A DNA stretch of 64,000 nt from an uncultured Chloroflexia bacterium (GTDB lineage Bacteria; Chloroflexota; Limnocylindria; Limnocylindrales; CSP1-4), in assembly GCA_963749705.1 (NCBI GenBank), contig CAVVNQ010000007.1, positions 96,001 to 160,000 of the forward strand, given 5' to 3'. Below the pieces are notes generated by a model, which did not search any database, was not told where the DNA came from, and was given only the letters and a program-made list of their open reading frames with translations. Positions 61,524 through 64,000 of this stretch are shown here, in pieces (position 1 is the first letter of the stretch; the number at the start of each line of letters is the position of its first letter). Made by a program: the position numbers and the translations under genes.

Positions 61524-61714
61524 CGCGCTCTCCCCGTATGGGAATACCCGTTCTCGTCAAGCGACGCAGCCTGCGCCCTTCCGACGCCCGAGCCCTCGAT
61601 ACCGGCGCGGCCTGCGCCTCCGGAGGCGGAGTGATCGACTCGCGCCAGACAAGTCCGCCAGCGCGGAAGCCGATCCGCAGCGGTCCGGTGCCGAGATAGA
61701 ACGGTCGGTCGCTG

Positions 61715-62005
61715 TCAGTCCTCGCCAACGAGCGTCACCGCGCAATGGGGGCAGCGGCTGGCTCCCGAGCGCACGGGCTCGAGACAGGCACCGCAGCGCT
61801 GCCAACTTGGGCCGGGGTATCGGTCAGACGACAGGCCGACGACAAGCGACGCAAAGGGGCCAAGCAACACCCCGAGCAGGAACCAGAGGACCTTGTCGTG
61901 GCCCTTTGTCGAGGCGATCCACGCCGCGGCGCTGCCAAACACAAGGACCCAAGCGGCCACCGCCCCAACGAAGGTGAACGCAATGACATCACCGACGACT
62001 TGCAT
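61715..62005 (-). CDS. Small membrane protein with C-terminal zinc ribbon
   Basis: TMs with IASTKGH...WFLLGVLLGP, then CGAC.EPV...A.RCPHC. Confidence 0.8.
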   Translation of the reverse strand: MQVVGDVIAFTFVGAVAAWVLVFGSAAAWIASTKGHDKVLWFLLGVLLGPFASLVVGLSSDRYPGPSWQRCGACLEPVRSGASRCPHCAVTLVGED

Positions 62006-62112
62006 GCTCCCGTTCCCCCTTGGTCTCTCACGGCTGAGGCGCTCATCGCGGATCGTACGCGCGGGCGACGGGCCCAGCCGGAGCGTCACGCCAAGCGGAC
62101 CCCCCGGGCAGA

Positions 62113-62316
62113 TCAGGCCCGTTCCGGTCGCTCCCACGACCACACCTCGCCGCACGGGCATTGCCACGTCCAGCGTTCGCGCCGGGGCTCGCCTGGACCC
62201 TGCATCAGCGTCGGGGTGTGGTCTCGGACGGCCGGCATGGTCCCGTTCGCGTGTCGGTGCTCAACCCGGGGATATCCGGGCGCGTGATTGCTCATCGAGA
62301 TGATCCAGTCGGCCAT
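62113..62316 (-). CDS. Small putative metal-binding protein under an SOS box
   Basis: GGGAG RBS; 67 aa with HRH and CPCG; SOS box 12 bp upstream. Confidence 0.6.
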   Translation of the reverse strand: MADWIISMSNHAPGYPRVEHRHANGTMPAVRDHTPTLMQGPGEPRRERWTWQCPCGEVWSWERPERA

Positions 62317-62328
62317 GATCGCTCCCGC

Positions 62329-62346
62329 CTAGAACATATGTTCTAG
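62329..62346. promoter_or_regulatory. LexA (SOS) box
   Basis: Perfect 18-bp palindrome CTAGAACATATGTTCTAG containing GAAC-N4-GTTC; a minus-strand -10-like TACCAT abuts it (62347-62352). Confidence 0.85.
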
Positions 62347-62352
62347 ATGGTA

Positions 62353-62525
62353 CCAGCACGGGTCGGTGGGGCCCTCCTCGGCTCAACTCAGCAAGGCCTA
62401 AAGAACGCGTGCCAAACCGGGCATTGCTCGCGGCCGCCGAGACCCCCCCGCGTGCTCTGGGACAGGACCTCTATCCTGATCCCCGACAGTTTGTTTGTGC
62501 ACGCGCGCGGTAATCCCGAGCGTGA
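62353..62525 (+). ncRNA. Candidate structured RT-associated non-coding RNA
   Basis: Hand-folded stems: AGCACG/CGTGCT (62355/62451) with inner helices, GGGACAGGA/TCCTGATCCC (62459-62483) and CACGC/GCGTG (62500-62524); lies immediately upstream of the RT. Confidence 0.45.
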
Positions 62526-62543
62526 TCATGGGGGATACGTGTC

Positions 62544-64000
62544 ATGGCCGGACGCGGCAGTGCTGGGCGGGCAGCCTTCGATTGGCTGTCCGTCGTCGAT
62601 CTCAAGCGCGCGCTGGTCAACTGCCACACGGACATCGTTGGGGACTGGTACCGCGACCCCTGGAGTTGGCCGGAGCTGAAGTGGGTCGCCGAGAAGCGAC
62701 CGGATATGGTCGTCGCGCGTCTCAATGGTGGTGGCGTTCATCGAAGCACGAATCTCGACGTACCGAAGGAAAACTTCGCGACGCGTCCCGCAATCGTGAT
62801 GGACCCAATCGACCGCCTGATCTACCAAGCCCTGGTCGACAAGCTAAGTGGTTCGCTAATCGGCGAGATGCGCCCGTGGGTATTCGGTTGGCGGCTGCCG
62901 CGAAAGGATCCCGTCGCGGGTGTCTACTCCGACAATGGCAACGAGTATTCGTGGTACCGAAGCCGCGTCTCCCTCCTCGCCAATTTCCGTGCGTTTGGCT
63001 TGAGTACGGACATCGTCTCGTTCTTCGCGAACATCCCTGTTGACCGAGTCTGCGAGGAGATCGAGCAGAGGGCAGGAGGAAGTGCAGTATCAGCCCGCCT
63101 AGTCGACATGCTTCAGGCGTGGGGGCGAGTCGCAGGTAGGTCCGGGCTCCCACAGCGGTCGATGGCTTCCGCCACGCTCGCGAACATGTATCTGCGTCCT
63201 CTCGACGACGTGATGGTCGGCCTGGCCGGCCAGGTGAAGTTGTTCAAGGTCGCGTCCCTAACCCGATGGATGGATGACATTTGGGTCTTTGGCAACGACG
63301 ACGGACGCCTGCGAGCGACTCAGCTTGCGATAGAGTCGGCTATGCGTGACCTTGATCTGAACATGGGTATCGCGAAGACACACGTCCTGAGCGGAGATGA
63401 GCTGCTAGAAGCGACTCTCAATCTTCAACACTCGGCCGCCGATGAGGGGCTGAGTGAGACACCGATGAACACGAAGCCACTCGAGGAGCTCGTCGACCGC
63501 CTTCTCCAACGACCCGAAGCAGCCTCCAGGACGTCGGTAAAGTTCGCGACGGTGCGTATCCGTGGCAAGAAGCTCGACACATTGGTCCAGCCATTTGTCG
63601 ATAACGCCAACCGCATGCCGCATGCCGCCGATGCTCTCGGACGCCTATTCCGCGACGAGGAGCGCTGGCGAGATCTTGAGGATTGGTACATCAATTACAC
63701 CGGCTCCGCTTGGGGATGCCTGCCTTGGGCGGTGGGCCAGCTTGGCACCATGTTCCCGTCCGGGGACCCAGGAAAAGGAGAGGTGGCTCGGTACTTCCTG
63801 GAACGGATCGAAGCGCTTCCGAATCTCCAGCTTCTCGCATTGGCAGCGCAGCGATCCGGTGCCTGGAGGCCCGACGAAGCGAGACAGGCCATCCGCGAAG
63901 CCGCGAAGCACGCCAACCATCCTCTCGAGCGTCGCGTGCTTGCGCTAACAGCACTGGCGCTGAGAGAAGAGCGGGCATTTGTCCGGTCCTTGCTCAGGGA
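62544..64000 (+). CDS. Reverse transcriptase, UG/Abi (defence-associated) type, with alpha-helical C-terminus; truncated by the window edge
   Basis: Manual translation from ATG 62544: VPKENFATRP...DPIDRLIYQALV...TDIVSFFANI...GLPQRSMASATLANMYL..LD...RWMDDIWVF...LNMGIAKT. Open to the end of the window, so absent from the ORF track. Confidence 0.9.
   Translation, partial: MAGRGSAGRAAFDWLSVVDLKRALVNCHTDIVGDWYRDPWSWPELKWVAEKRPDMVVARLNGGGVHRSTNLDVPKENFATRPAIVMDPIDRLIYQALVDKLSGSLIGEMRPWVFGWRLPRKDPVAGVYSDNGNEYSWYRSRVSLLANFRAFGLSTDIVSFFANIPVDRVCEEIEQRAGGSAVSARLVDMLQAWGRVAGRSGLPQRSMASATLANMYLRPLDDVMVGLAGQVKLFKVASLTRWMDDIWVFGNDDGRLRATQLAIESAMRDLDLNMGIAKTHVLSGDELLEATLNLQHSAADEGLSETPMNTKPLEELVDRLLQRPEAASRTSVKFATVRIRGKKLDTLVQPFVDNANRMPHAADALGRLFRDEERWRDLEDWYINYTGSAWGCLPWAVGQLGTMFPSGDPGKGEVARYFLERIEALPNLQLLALAAQRSGAWRPDEARQAIREAAKHANHPLERRVLALTALALREERAFVRSLLR

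Noticed and set aside
62544-64000. RT as a retron, group II intron or DGR enzyme
   Set aside because: No retron NAxxH or VTG motifs, no YADD or maturase features, and no TR/VR repeat pair or avd gene seen in the window.

Overview
High-GC bacterial DNA. The gene repertoire and a GAAC-N4-GTTC SOS box fit Chloroflexota or Actinomycetota, but this is inference only. There are about 62 plausible genes, and most long entries in the ORF track are GC-rich shadow frames. Left to right: a Lia/Psp-like envelope-stress two-component module; gnd-zwf; assorted GNAT, MarR, hydrolase and cyclase genes; a LAL-type regulator divergent from a four-gene surface-protein operon (22.9-28.1 kb); a purine catabolism cluster (guaD, xanthine dehydrogenase, uricase, uraH, uraD, hydantoinase, malate synthase; 31.7-43.9 kb); a receiver-TrxB/cNMP-kinase pair; two TetR modules; a cyclase-STAND protein; and a defence-like region around tRNA-Gly(CCC). 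That last region holds an AspBHI/Mrr-like endonuclease, two coupled UDG-superfamily genes, a perfect LexA box and a reverse transcriptase that runs off the right edge and is missing from the ORF track. Two candidates for an undescribed system stand out. (1) In the surface operon, one beta-strand motif (xE-x-I/V-x-V-x-x-x-V/W-T-V/I) recurs in three different proteins: nine times in a giant adhesin, once at the tip of a tiny lipoprotein tether and once at the N-terminus of a lipoprotein subunit. This suggests donor-strand-assembled filaments. (2) A WMDD-motif UG/Abi-type RT is preceded by a structured ~190-nt region containing a GUUUGUUUGU linker, directly beside an SOS box. Five single-base insertions break four otherwise intact genes and are probably sequencing errors.
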